A stretch of 63,901 bases of DNA, filler included, from Octopus bimaculoides (Eukaryota): NCBI RefSeq assembly GCF_001194135.2. It is 5 parts of 5 records of this genome, joined end to end, with 100 filler letters (N's around TTAATTAATTAA, not from the genome) between each part and the next. Parts side by side here need not be neighbours in the genome. Positions count along the whole stretch, not along the records: positions 1 to 29,760 come from NC_068981.1; 4 more parts are not named here. One strand, 5' to 3'. Shown piece after piece: positions 12,053 through 26,000 of this stretch; within the stretch, counting starts at the first letter, position 1; each line of letters begins with the position of its first letter. The translations under genes and the position numbers were made by a program. A model generated the notes under the pieces. It had not been told where the DNA came from and ran no database searches. It saw only the letters and a list, made by a program, of their open reading frames with translations.

Positions 12053-12315
12053 CTCTATCCCAACTTCTTTGATAGTCCTCTTGATGCCTTCTGACACTGT
12101 TCACAAGGACCCAACAATATTTGGCACTATCTGCACCTTCATTTTCCATAGCCGGGTTATTTCGGACTATTTTTTCGCCTTCTTGATTATTCGTGAGTCA
12201 AAGGAGCAACATCAACCATATAGCATATATGGTGCATCTTGTCGACCACCACTACGTCCGGTTTGTCATGCTCTAGCATCTGATCTCTTTGGATTGGGAA
12301 ATCCCAGAGGATTAG
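12053..12315 (-). mobile_element. Restriction-like endonuclease (RLE) C-terminal fragment of an R4/Dong-like non-LTR element
   Basis: ILWDFPIQRDQMLEHDKPDVVVVDK..CYMVDVA, then after a frameshift PFDSRII..EITRLWKMKVQIVPNIVGSL*TV; PD..D type RLE motif. Confidence 0.85.
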
Positions 12316-14400
12316 GGTAGTGCCGACCACCTCTATTTCAGAGACATCCGACACAATCACAGTGACATTGCCTGCATATGCTGACACACCTCTTCCGCAT
12401 CATGGCTCACGCGGGATGCCCCACGAAACATCCAGCTTCCGCAGTAATGACTCGAGTGCCGATACATAGAGAAGGGGTGAGAGTGGGTATCCTTGGCAGA
12501 CCAAACGGGTGATGCTAAACGATTCCGACAGGTGGCCATTTACTTTGACCACCGAACAGATGTCGCTGTACATTGCAACGATCGAGCCTCTGAAAACGGG
12601 ACCGAAGCCAGCCGCCATAAGGACAACCTCCAAGTACCTATGGTTGACCCTATCGAAGACTTTCAACTGATTCAAATTGATCAGGGCCCTACCCATACCA
12701 GGTTCTTTACCAACCCTCTCTATAATGTATCGCGTGAGGTGGATATTGTCGTGGATAGATCTTCTGGGGTTAGCGCAAGTCTGCACATCAAGCACCAGTT
12801 TGGTCACAACAAACACCAACTTCTTTGCTAACACCTTGGCCAAAATTTTGTAATCTGCATTTAGCAGAGTTACTTTCTCAGTAGCCTCACCACACCTCGG
12901 CTCACAGATCTGGTGATTATCCCATTCTGCTGCCAGTGGCGGTAGACATCTACCAAAATCTCACTGAACAAGTCTGGCATATGAATATAAAATTTGAAAG
13001 GCAGAACATCCAATCCCGAGACTTCTCCCTCGTGCAACTGTCCAGTGTGTCACGTATATCTTTCGCTGATATCGGCATTTCGCAGAACTCCACATCCCCG
13101 GTCGAAAGGTTCGGCAATCCATCAAGGTAGGGGGTGAAGTTCGCCTCCGCCCCCGAATNNNNNNNNNNGTGCAACTGTCCAGTGTGTCACGTATATCTTT
13201 CGCTGATATCGGCATTTCGCAGAACTCCACATCCCCGGTCGAAAGGTTCGGCAATCCATCAAGGTAGGGGGTGAAGTTCGCCTCCGCCCCCGAATCACTG
13301 CGCGCCTCGTGCAGTTCAGTAAAGTACCGCTGAAATTCCGTACAAATCTGCTTGGATTCGCGTAGCATGCGCCCGTCCCGACCCATCAAAGACCAAATTG
13401 TGGTTTTATTTCCACATTGCGCCTCGGCTACCCGGGCCAATCAAACGGCTTTCATTCCCTCGTGTCTAAGAGCACGCGTCCTAGCTCTGACAATGCAAGC
13501 ATCATGCTTGGTGTTAAAGAATTGGTTCGAAACCAATCTCGCTGCCAGCACGTCGGTCGCTATACCACTACTGAGTGCCTCTTCTAATTTACAAACTAGT
13601 TTTCCCTCTACTTTAGTATTCTCTATCGCTAATTCCCTGCTAAATCCTACCGCTTCTACTCTAACCGCCCGTTTTAGGGCTGCCCACTATCGGTTGTTGA
13701 CCACTGCATCGGTCAATTTTTGATGGACTAACTTACTAATCCGGTCTCTGAAAGCTTGGCGCGCCGGGAAAAACGCGTTTAGCTTCCAGTATCCGAGGCC
13801 CTGACTATGGAGCCTTCCTGGGTCGACCATAAAAATCACAAATTTGCGGTTCGTATAGCTGATAACTTCAAATTGTAGACAACCGATGCTCAGCTGGCCT
13901 ACAAAATATCCTATCTAGATAAGATCTGGATGACCCAACGCTATTTGCCCAGGTCCACATTGGAGCTTTCGGGAAATCCACTCTGAACCTGTCAGCTAAT
14001 TGGGAAAGACTGAGTGGGTTTTCGAGGCTTGTGCACCCCCACTTTTCCTGTCGGTTAGCCCCACCCAATCCACACGGGTATCCAAGATAGCATTCCAGTC
14101 GCCCACTAATATTAAGGAGCGAGACGTCCCAAGAAAGGCCTTCAAACGTCTAAAGAAACCCGGCTGTCCCGCTTCGATCGGTGCCTACACAGCAACCAGT
14201 ATAAAGGCACTGCTTCCATTATCATTCACGTCCAGGACCATCATCCTACCTTCCGGGTCCAGCCATACCTCCCGTATCTCGAGATTCAGGCCTTTTCTGA
14301 ACAACACCGCCACTCCCTCCCACATTCCCGGTCGACTAATATGTGGGTCTTTCCCCAGCAGTTCCTTGTAATGTCGGATATTAAAGCTTTTGAAAGTCCC
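12316..14400 (-). mobile_element. L1/Tx1-type LINE ORF2 (APE endonuclease + RT), decayed and truncated just after RT motif 5
   Basis: APE: GVAVLF, GRMMVLDV, V*AP, GDWNAILD, TWANSVGSSRSYLDRIF, GYWKLN. RT: LAKVLAKKL, SIHDN, LKVFDRVNHRYL, CQGYPLSPLLY, SAYAGN (YADD decayed). Confidence 0.92.
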
Positions 14401-14417
14401 CTACAAACTGGGGATCT

Positions 14418-16233
14418 CTAGATTTCAAGATTTTCTAGTCGCTTTGAGTAGCTTTGAATATTTCTATGTGTGCCGGTATTTATGGTTGGTGTGACATAAC
14501 TGGATTCATTAATNNNNNNNNNNNNNNNNNNNNNNNNNNNNNNNNNNNNNNNNNNNNNNNNNNNNNNNNNNNNNNNNNNNNNNNNNNNNNNNNNNNNNNN
14601 NNNNNNNNNNNNNNNNNNNNNNNNNNNNNNNNNNNNNNNNNNNNNNNNNNNNNNNNNNNNNNNNNNNNNNNNNNNNNNNNNNNNNNNNNNNNNNNNNNNN
14701 NNNNNNNNNNNNNNNNNNNNNNNNNNNNNNNNNNNNNNNNNNNNNNNNNNNNNNNNNNNNNNNNNNNNNNNNNNNNNNNNNNTTTTTTTTCTGGTTATCG
14801 TTTGTGCTCTTCCGTCTTTTCCTTCCTTTTCATGTGACTGTTTTCCTTCCTGTTTGTGAGGCTTATTTCTGTAGTTTTTGTTGTCCAAATAGGGGAGGGG
14901 CATTTCTTCCGCAGATATTTGTTTTACTGTTGGCTTTGTTAATGGTGTTGTCATTATTTTTGGTGTGGAGTTCCCTGTTGCTGCCGTTGTTGTTACTGTT
15001 TGTGATGTTGTTGTTGCTGCTCGTGATGTGCATTCTGCTTGACGTTGTGCAGTTGTTTTCACTCCAGTCGTTGTTGTACCTGCCGCTGCTGCCGACGCTG
15101 TAGTGACCTTTGTGGATGCTGTTGTTTCCAATTGTCTCTGCTGATGTTGTCTTTGCTGTTTCTGCTACTGCAACTGCTGCTACTGTTTCTGCTGCCCTTG
15201 TTGTGGTGTCTGATGTTGTTGTAGTTGTAGTTGTGTTAATGGTTGCTGCGGCTGATTTTTTTCCTCCTTTTCTTCTTTCCTTCGGGCAATAGACTCTGAT
15301 GTGACCTGAATCGCCATAGGAGTAACATAGGGATTTCTATTAGGTCATGAATTTCCTCTACAGTTTCTGGTTTTACTTGCAGTAGAATTTCAAACCCTAT
15401 CTCAACCTAGTTCTCCTTTTTGGATTTTTGGATTTCTTGGAGGCTTCTAGTATCTTCCAGCACCACGGCTTTCACTACCCACCAGAAATCGATTTCTGAT
15501 GATATGTTACTTATTTTTATTCGGACCACTCTCTGTCCAAGATAGATGCGAATTAAAGTGAGCTCCTCCATTTTTAATGTAACAGTTGAGTGTTTTTGTG
15601 CTAGTGATTCCGACTGGAATATGACCTTGATGTAGCCGAACTTTGGGGCGTGGCGGACAAAACTGACATCCCACTCCATATATTTTTCAGGCAGAGCTCA
15701 GCTTGGTCTGATGGTATTTTTTCCAGTCTTCTTCTTTTCATGGACAGACATCTGTACATGAATGTTTTTTTTTCGGTTGTCTCTAGCAGGTTTTGAGGCA
15801 CATTTCGTGTAGCCTTTCTTTCTTCACGTCTTATAATGCTCTCAGCTTCCTTTAAATGTTCTTCCTTATCCTTTAACGACATAATTTCAAACATATTTGT
15901 AACTTTTTCGAAGGAAACGTTATTTCTATTTGAACCTTCTCTTTCTTTGTTCGAAATTTTACTGACTTATGTGGTGGTGATATTTCCCCTGTACAATTGG
16001 CTGCTGCTAGGTATATTTCGTGCTTCCTTGATCGAATTCTCATTGCTCCTGACACTTCCAGTGTTGTTGTTATTGTTGTTGTTGTTATTGCTGTTCCTAC
16101 TCCTCCTGCTACTACCACTATCGTTTACATCTAGAGTGAGTGGTGGCGCGTGACGGCGCAAGACAACTTCGTGTTCTACATCTCCTTCCACTTCCCTCTT
16201 TTGTTGACTTACTGTTAAGGACGTCGACGCCAT
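14418..16233 (-). mobile_element. L1/Tx1-type LINE ORF1 (gag-like), frameshifted, contains a 268-N gap
   Basis: ATG at 16233; RRM-like segment 15407-15679; CCHC-like knuckle CYSYGDSGHIRVYCP near 15275-15330 (one C>Y); Thr/Ala-rich tail; stop at 14418 directly upstream of ORF2. Confidence 0.7.
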
Positions 16234-16465
16234 ATCAAATTTTGCAAATTTTGAAAGGAAAATTAATTTTCTTTTCGAGTGATTTTTGCCCCCAGAGCAA
16301 AATATGATAATAATAATAATAATAATAACACTGTTAATCAGACCAATATGGTCTAGATTAACTTAGTCACAAGTTATAACAATAAAATATAACAATAACA
16401 ATCTTTTTAGAGGTAAATAAGGCACACACTTACGGAGCCCCGAAATATACATCCAGCTCTGACGA

Positions 16466-16478
16466 CAATAATAATAAC

Positions 16479-16538
<60 letters not shown>

Positions 16539-16639
16539 CTGAGAATTTTCTGAGTTGGAAATTTAATTCATTTATCTCCAATACATTGTGATGTACGGGT
16601 ATCATTTAGTGCAAGCTTGTTGTTGCAGTAGCAGCAGCT

Positions 16640-16710
<71 letters not shown>
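16466..16710. repeat. (AAT)n and (AGT)n trinucleotide microsatellites
   Basis: Directly visible at about 16466-16540 and 16640-16710. Confidence 0.95.
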
Positions 16711-17049
16711 CGTTAGAAGGGAGGGTATAGAGTGAAGTGTTATATAATGAGACATAGATAAGGAGATATAGTGATTATCCGAATAAAGATCTGAACACGT
16801 CGAAAGCTAACAAGACATCCCCCATTTATACAACGTTCTTTCCTTTTGCAGCAGTAAAACGTAAAGCATATCTTCCCATATTCACTTTAGAAAATTCACT
16901 TAGAAGCGATGTTCTTAGCCAATTGAATGAATCCCTGTTAGACTGCAGCCGAAGAATAATATTTTTAATTTAATATGGTTAATGTCCAGATTAAATTGTT
17001 GATTGGAAAGAAAACTCGGAGAAAACTTTCATGCTGTGATTTAAATACA

Positions 17050-17516
17050 TGCGTATGTATGTATGTATGTATGTATGTATGTATGTATGTATGTATGTAT
17101 GTATGTATGTATGTATGTGTGTGTATGTATGTATTTATGTATGTATGTATGTATGTATGTATGTATTATGTATGTATGCATGCATGCATGCACGCATGTA
17201 TGTATGTATGTATGTTATCAATCAGTTTCATTTCTGTATTTCTTGTCCATAGAGAAAGAGCCGGACGCTAACATAGATTCAAGNNNNNNNNNNTTGCGCA
17301 CATTTGTATGTTTGTTTTATGGATGCGTTTTTATGTATATATTTTCATGTCTAGATGTATGCATATGTACTTATGTGCTAAATTTTTGGACAGTTTTACA
17401 TATCTTTACAGTTCCATTGATGGCTTGAATCTGTAGTCTTCTAATCAGCCTTGTATGTATGTATGTATGTATGTATGTATGTATGTATGTATGTATGTAT
17501 GTATGTATGTATGTAT
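17050..17516. repeat. (TATG)n tetranucleotide microsatellites
   Basis: Two runs, about 17050-17215 and 17455-17516. Confidence 0.95.
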
Positions 17517-18873
17517 AAAGCGATAGTGGGGGAGAGAAAGAGGGAAGCGTAAAAAGACTTTATTTCAATCTATCAAACTACTCATTAATTTATAGCTAAT
17601 TATTTTTCTTTACGACACACATATAAGAAAGAAATATTAGTCTAAATCAAATTTACCAATTCGACCAAGAAATATATATAATCCTAACATCTTAGTGAAG
17701 ATGTATTATGAGTCAAAGAGAGTCTCTGATAGCTTAATGCCATGAATGTATATTGCCAACAAACTAACAAGAACGCATCTACGCAGTCATTCAATCTACT
17801 AGAAATAACAGCAAAAACTCTCCCTCAAACTGCATCCTATTCTCATAAAAAAGAACGTCACATTGAATAATGTGGCCCTTGATGGTCTCAGCATGTTTTT
17901 GCTTCTATGCATTCTGGATCAATTTTAAGTTACTAGCGGAGAGGAAACTCTAGGAGTTCGAACATGCTACTGTAAATGAGTCAATTGCCGAGTGCACAAC
18001 TTTAATATCCTTGCAAAGGCAAGCATTTACTAATGAAGGAATATAGGTGGATCAAAGTTCAGGCTCAATGCGAAAATACTGAGACATATTTCCTTTCAGG
18101 CTCAACCTAAAATTATATCTCAGAACAAAGTAACAGAATTTTTGCGCTTCATTATAGATGTTTCTCTCTTTCGTAGATCACAATTTAAGTTGAGTGTTAA
18201 TACTCAAGTATTATTTTGTATATTTTATCATACTCTGGTCAGCATTTTCAACATATTTTATACATTATAATTATCTCTGAATGAATATCCACCTTGCTTG
18301 TGTTATTATTTCAACGTATTCAATGCATGTACAATTATTTGAATATATGTGTTACATTACAATAGAAGACTATGAAAGGAAGATAAATATAGACGTATTT
18401 TCAAAGGAAACTATTTCGTTTACATAAAGAAAGGTACTGCGAATTCGTAGTCGTCCGAGTTCACATTGTATCGGACTGCCAAGTAATGAATCAGAATTTC
18501 ATCAATAGCGTTGTGCTGTTTCCGGTTCTAAATTATTAACTGAAATTACAACAGTTTTTTTTTTAAAAGGTTCGATGACAGCGAACTGGCAGAATCGTGA
18601 CTGCGCCGGACAAAAATTTGAGCGGGGAGGAAACTCGAGGAGTTCGAACAGGAAGGAAAAACTGGGCGAAGTAAAAACAGAGTAGTTGGTTTAGTGTTTG
18701 GTGTGAGAGTGCAGGCGAATACAATATAGGTATCGAAAGGAGGAGAGATGTGTGAATCAGAAGCGCATGAGTAGAAGTGGTACGAAACCAACAACGTCCA
18801 AGGATCTCAGACCCTGCTACTAACGTTAGAAAAGGCAAAGAGAGAAAGAAAAGGAGAAAGTAAGTGGGAGGGT

Positions 18874-18939
<66 letters not shown>

Positions 18940-19399
18940 ATGAAAGAAAGAGAGTAAGGGAGAAAGATATGAAACAGTAACAAAATTTAAAAAAACATTA
19001 AAAAGCGATGAACATTTATTTTGATGATATATCTTATATTTAACCAGTTTTATTAGCATTGCTAAGAAATGTAAATATTAAAATTAACAATGTATTCTCA
19101 TTCATTATATTGTTTTAAAATTCGTGATAAACGCAAAATAAACATGACAAGTTTATATTTTCGGTTTGAATATTCATCGTCAGCTTCACTCATTTACATG
19201 TCAGTTATTCTGTTGACTTTTAGTAAGAGAAATGGAACTAACCCTTCATCAAAGGCATTAACTGTTTAAATTAAATGCAATTACAGCATTTGAAAATCGA
19301 AACCAAGCTGTGCATTTAACTCGTGATGATTTCATTTGGTTACTTTGACATTTGTTTTGGTGACAAGCTAGAAGGTGATCATCTAATTAATTTTAATGA

Positions 19400-19700
19400 A
19401 CACAGCTATTACACCGTGCTTTTTCAATCTTCTAGAGATTTCAAACCAACAAAATAACAACAACCTTAGTCTTATTAGTACTTGCTTCTCAGCATTGTCC
19501 TGCACAATGTGTTCTAGTGAAGGAAGCATGAAATATCCAGTGATCTCCTTCTCTGGAAACCCACGCGTGAACATACATGTATCGTCAGAACAAGAAGAGC
19601 ATATATTGATCAATTTGTGGAAGGTAGTGGATATCAAGTTGAGGATATGAGGAACACTATAGAAGAACGGCACATCTGGCTCGGCATTGAACCGGGCTAG
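19400..19700 (+). mobile_element. RTE-like LINE 3' remnant
   Basis: KHEISSDLLLWKPTREH...RRAYIDQFVEGSGYQVEDMRNTIEERHIW fits the RTE/RTEX C-terminal pattern SD.LLW.P...TYIDQL......DL...M.DR..W. Confidence 0.6.
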
Positions 19701-21015
19701 CCACCCGACCACATAGGTCAATATCGTCTTAGTCCTTTACTGACAGAAAAAAAGTGCTGAAAGTTCGCAGTAGAATTGAATTGGACATCTAATTTTGTTT
19801 ATAGTCTTAATGATATTGATACGATACGTTACAAGTATTGAGTTTTGATGATGATCTAACCACGGGAGCTAATTATCAAGCTCCTATTATCTTCAAGTAT
19901 GTTTTGTAGTAGCAGTCTAAGTCAGTTCTGCTAAAAGTAAAATATATTATAAAGCTAATTGATTTCGTAATTGCCAGATTGATTTTCTATATTCAACTTG
20001 GTCTCCTTATTGTGAACAAGCTGTTGACTATTTCTAAAACATTAGGCAATTGCTGAAGAACCACTCCAGGTCAACTTTCATTGCTTTTCTATTATGTCAA
20101 GAGTGTGTATGGGTTATCTTGTTGGCGCGATCAACTAAAAATTTTCTACCTGGGTGAAGCGTAACGATTTTAATTAAGAAAGAAGCATTCTCTTGTCCCG
20201 TAATCAACTAACAACCAGATTAAAATAAACTTAGCTTAAATTAAAATTCACAACATATTACTACAAATGTTTGAAACGTAGTATCTACCTATTATTGAGC
20301 AAACAAACTTTTAGCTTTTGTAATAGTGAATGAAATCTTACATTCGTAAGATTCATTGATTTATATTTGTACGAGAAGATATCTCAATAGTTCACAAGTT
20401 GCTAACTGAAAGAGTGTAATTCATGGTCACGTACTGATATATGACCCAAACTAACCAAGTCAAGAACAATGGAAATGTCAACAGATATTTTAAGAGATAC
20501 AAATATACGTAAGTAAACATTTGAATATCACGATATACCAAACTTCCTAAGTGGGATTATATAGGTGTTTGACAGAACATAAGAAATGAATATTTGAAAA
20601 TATGATCATATGCATAAAACAAAGTAACTGAATGTGAACAATATTTGCAGATTGTTTTAATATTGAGTGTATCGGATTACAGTTGGCGCCAAACTTTCAT
20701 TGAAAAGGATAGAATTGTCGAGTTCTGAAATGAAAATATTTTCGCACGAATGTTGTATCACTACTGAATCACGTGAAGGATTATATAAGGATTTGTAACT
20801 TGGTTAGCTTGCTAGCTGCCTTTGATATGAAGGCGGACGGGTTAAATTAGAAATTAAAATATTTAGATAAAGATCCTATCCATCTGCCACTTATTTACCC
20901 TCTTATCTCTTCCTTTATCTATCTGTCTAGCTATATCTATATATATATCGGCAGAGATTATGTGTGATTGTCCATAACATACACACGTAGTCCCAGATTT
21001 GGAACAGAGGTTTAA

Positions 21016-21173
21016 TCGATTACATTGACTCCAGTACTTGACTGGTATTTTATTTTATCGACCTCGAATGGATGAAATGGAAAGTTAACCTCGGCGAGAT
21101 TTGAACTCAGAACGTAAAAATCCAGAACATATACCGTAATTTTTTTTCTCTGACGCTCTAACGATTCTGCCAC
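21016..21173 (-). mobile_element. SINE family A, diverged
   Basis: actggtattttattttatcgacctcgaatggatgaaatggaaagttaacctcggcgagatttgaactcagaacg. Confidence 0.75.
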
Positions 21174-23019
21174 TTGATATCCTATGTTTAGGTTAAGAAT
21201 AATAAAATATTCTTAAACGAACTGAGAGCTTTTTTCTTTTGGTTAAATCTAGAATAATGAAGCAAAAAGATTTGGTTAAATCTAGAATAATATAGCAAAA
21301 AATGTGTTTACAAAGAAAAGAAAAATAATTGCTTTGTTCGCTGGGGGTCACAATTTAACTGTCAATGTATATTCTTCCGTTGTACAGAGACGATGTTGCT
21401 ATACTTATGGCATATCAGGGAGAAATACTCCGCTCCTATGAAACGAAAAAAATCAAATTATCAGTATGGAAATATTTCTTTTCTCGTTTATAATGGATGT
21501 TTGGTTCAAAAGTAAAAGAAAACATGTTAAATCAATCAGTGATAAGATGAATAATAGACCATATGGGAAAGATAGGTTTTGCTCGAAAACCCCCAAGTTG
21601 CCCTGCATATTATGGATGGTCGTTGTTGTGCACTTTTGCAGCCCAAACAGAATATTTGACTGATTGCTGAGTCGTGCTATCACAGATCAATTCGTGATAA
21701 GCGCAACACAGTTCACAATTGGATGTACCATGTTACTCGGATCAGCGAAAAATGAATCGGCGATAAATAGAGATACTGGATTAAATTGCAGTTTTGGACA
21801 AAAAAGTTACATCCACTGAGTATATTTGAGCTACTCAACATGCTATACTCCCGTGCTGTCTTGCATTATATTTATAATACTATTCTATCACCGAACTTAT
21901 ACATTATTACAATACAAGCCAATGACTTGATCGTCTTCACGCTGTAGTCACGTTGTATTTAAAAAAGGAAGGTCAGTGTGGTAAAAATAGGATAATCACG
22001 AAGAGTAACATCTTTGATTATCGATTTGCTCGGTCAGCGATGACATGAGGCTAAATAGCAACAAAATGTATGTATTACTTCACTAAGTACACCCCCAAAA
22101 CATCATCCCAGTGTATCATCCCAATACTTTCTCATTCTAATATTTCACTTCCACTAAAATACTTACCAGAACAAACACCAAGATTTACGTGCCAACGAGA
22201 AAGCTTTTATGCTGTAGTTACAAAATTACTCTCAAATCGTACCCAAGTGTCTTAAAATATTAAAAGGATAATGTAGTCCTAGACGTTTTCCTAAAAAGAC
22301 TGGATGGTCACGACTGGAATATTTGTGACCATAGGTCTACTCGGAAAAAGTTGACCAAGTGTTAAACAATAACATCAACAGTAACAAGAACAACAACAAC
22401 AACAATCAAAAGCATTCTACAACGAAATTCTCCGGAGTAGACACAGGAGTTACTATTTAACGCAAATAATATCCAGACACCCGTAATTCATTAAAATTGA
22501 TTACATTAAGATATTTTTGGTTTAACATTAATTTAAATCATTCTACCAAAAACAAACTTTCTGAATTCCATATGAATACACTTCATATAAGCTCACACTC
22601 ATATACACACACGCACATATACACACGCACAAATATATGTTTATAAACATATGTAACAAACCAACAATTACGAGGAATGCTATGTGCATTATCGCAATGA
22701 AATCTCTGTAGCTATTTGTCTCGTTATCATTTGGCATATCAAATGGTTATCCTGTTTAATAATCTCTTACACAAATTGATTTGTGTTTATTATTTCCTGG
22801 ATGTCATGAATTTCAGTGAGTAGAAGTTCACTTTATTTTCAGAGTTAACACTTTGCTGTGAATCTAGGACATTCTTCCGGAATTTGGAATATTTGAAGAC
22901 AATTGTTAGCAAAAATGGAACAGATAATCGTGGAATGAATAGTCAAGACAGCCCCCGTCACCCGCATTATACAAATAGTCCATAAGATGGCTTTACTCTT
23001 CAATTAATATGTAGAAATA

Positions 23020-23445
<426 letters not shown>

Positions 23446-24372
23446 TGAAACAAAGAACGCTTAGCGCATTCATTGCAGGGCTATAAAATTATGCTATTGT
23501 GTTAACTAGTCAAGTGATTCTATGTATTCGACTATATTCTTTGTTGATAAATAATTCCACTCAAGGTTGCTTGAACTCACGGACTGTACACAAATATAAA
23601 CAAAAAAACGCAATTACACTCGTGTGCACATATACACTTACTTCTTCACACACATGAACACGCGCATACACAAGGAGACACACGCATACATCTGATCATT
23701 ATTTGACTGCAAAGATTTTTGTCGATTTCATGTTTCTATAAGTCTTATAGTTTTGAAGTGTTACTTACAGGGTTGCCAGATTGGGCTACAGGTATCGAAA
23801 TGCGTTACTTCTTTTCAGTATTGTACGCCTCTTCTTTTGTAATTTTTATTTCGTACATTAAAACTTTAATTCTGTAAGATAAGAATTCGGTTGAATAACA
23901 TATTGAATTACTAAGTAAATTAGATACGACCTACAAGCAATCTTTGAGTGTACCTAAATATATATACACACATTTACATATACGTGTTTATACATACATA
24001 CATACATACATACATACATACATACATACATAAATACATACATATATACATACAAACATAGATGCATGCATGCATACATACATACATACATACACACATA
24101 TAGTGAGAATTTACAAAAAAAAACACAAAAGACGAAGAAATGTGTGTAAACAACAAACAGTTGTATTAGTTTAACGCTCGGGAAGTGAGAAAGTCTTTTA
24201 CATTTCGAGCCTACGCTCTTCGACAGAAAGGAACACAGAAATATATATATATATATCAATCCTCAAAAACGAAGAACAAACACAAAAGACAACTCGAGGA
24301 CGTGGTATATATATGTATGTGCTTATGTGTGAATATGTATGTACATATATGTGTGCGTGAGTGTGTATGTGT

Positions 24373-24427
<55 letters not shown>

Positions 24428-24849
24428 TATACGTGTGTTTATGTATGTATTCAATTTACTTGCAAGATTATCACTGTGAGCTTCTTTAAAACACAATCCG
24501 TCACATTTTATGAAATTGACCTGGCAACCTTGGTTTGTATTGGTTAATACACTCTGTGCCTATCGATGCATAGAGACATTAAACGCATAAAGTTATTCCC
24601 TAGATTATGACTTGTGCGTCACCAAACAGAAGATTTTGCGAGTGATATTCGTCTGTCATGACATTGTGTTCGATGATCTTCCGCCCCATTTAGCTCATGT
24701 CATCACTTTCTGAAAGCATATTACTCACAGAAGTTTATGTATGCAACTTCTCTTTGCTCTCGTATCTCTCCTAGAGTTTATGCTACTGGCAGGGAAGTCT
24801 AACCCTTTACCATTATAAACTACCTACCACAATTCGGCCTATCTGTGAG

Positions 24850-25420
24850 AGGATGTAATGGCAGAACCGTTAGTGCATCGGAAAGGTACCTTGTGGTATT
24901 TGTTCGACTCTTTACATTCATAGTACAAATTCCGTTGAGGTCATCTTTGCCTTTCATCTTTCCGAGGTCATTAAATTGAAATACTAGCCAAATATTGAAG
25001 ATAGATTTAATCGATCAACAACTCCCTCTTCAAAAAAGATTTGCGGACCTTGAACCTGTATTTTTTTCAAATTTTGGCACAAGACCAGCAAGTTCAGAGG
25101 AGGAGTTAGTCGATTGCATCATCCCCAGTCCTCAACTTATACCTATTTTTCGACCCGAGAAGATGAAAAGTTAAGTCGGCCTCGGCGGAATTTGAACTAA
25201 CACGTAAACGCGGATGAAATGCCAAGCATTTTGAAATTTGATGTGAGGGTGTGTAGTGGACTAAATCGATTCCAGTGTTCAACTGGTGCTTATTTCATCG
25301 ATCTTGAAAGGATTGTAAGTTCAATTTCGGCGCGGCGGAGTTTGAACTCGGAACGTAAAGACGGACGAAATGTTGCTAACTATTTTGCCCGCCATGCAAA
25401 CGATTCTGCCCGCTAACCTC
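24850..25420. mobile_element. Cluster of three SINE family A copies (about 24850-25060 +, 25073-25232 -, 25240-25420 -)
   Basis: Each carries recognisable B-box/central-domain sequence (tttgaact..aacgtaaa; gcctttcatc). Confidence 0.75.
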
Positions 25421-25639
25421 CTTTGACCACGTACTTCTATTATAAATTGTCAATAAGCAGCCGTGTCACCATTACCCTTTTCTCACCGCTAAAATCAAGG
25501 TTTGTCCAATCATTCTCGTTTCTATTCACATAGAATGAAATAAAACAAAGTAAAACATTTTATACACCAAGTTAGCTATTTCACATAGAATGAAATAAAA
25601 CAAAGTAAAACATTTGATACACCAAGTTAGCTATATTCC

Positions 25640-26000
25640 GACTACATCTGGAATCATTGTACTTATCTCCTCTTCTCCTCTTCAACTTCTTTACCTCACA
25701 TTCATAAACAAAGTTCCTAATCTTCCAAAGTGCCAACCCAACGACTGCAGGACGAAGTATCCTGCCTCTATCAAATGGAAAAGTGTTACTAAGCACTAAA
25801 GAGCTTGACTGACACCATTCAAAAACAAATGATTTTTTTCATGTAGCGCACAACCTAGAAACTCACTGGCTTCTACAATTGCAGCTACTTCTCTTGACTA
25901 CTTCACATCATCCAGGTTAGATCTGTAACAAATATTCCCACACAAAAAAAGAAATCCTCTATATTTTTGGCTTATTTGCGTCTCATTCTACACAACGCGT
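25640..26000 (-). mobile_element. Possible ancient L1/Tx1 ORF2 C-terminal remnant
   Basis: CALHEKNHLFLN and LALWKIRNFV resemble the C..C...E...HLF..C and IW..RN motifs; heavily decayed. Confidence 0.4.

Noticed and set aside
13032-13295. Exact 127-bp direct repeat inside the L1/Tx1 ORF2
   Set aside because: The identical copies flank a 10-N gap, typical of unmerged overlapping contig ends
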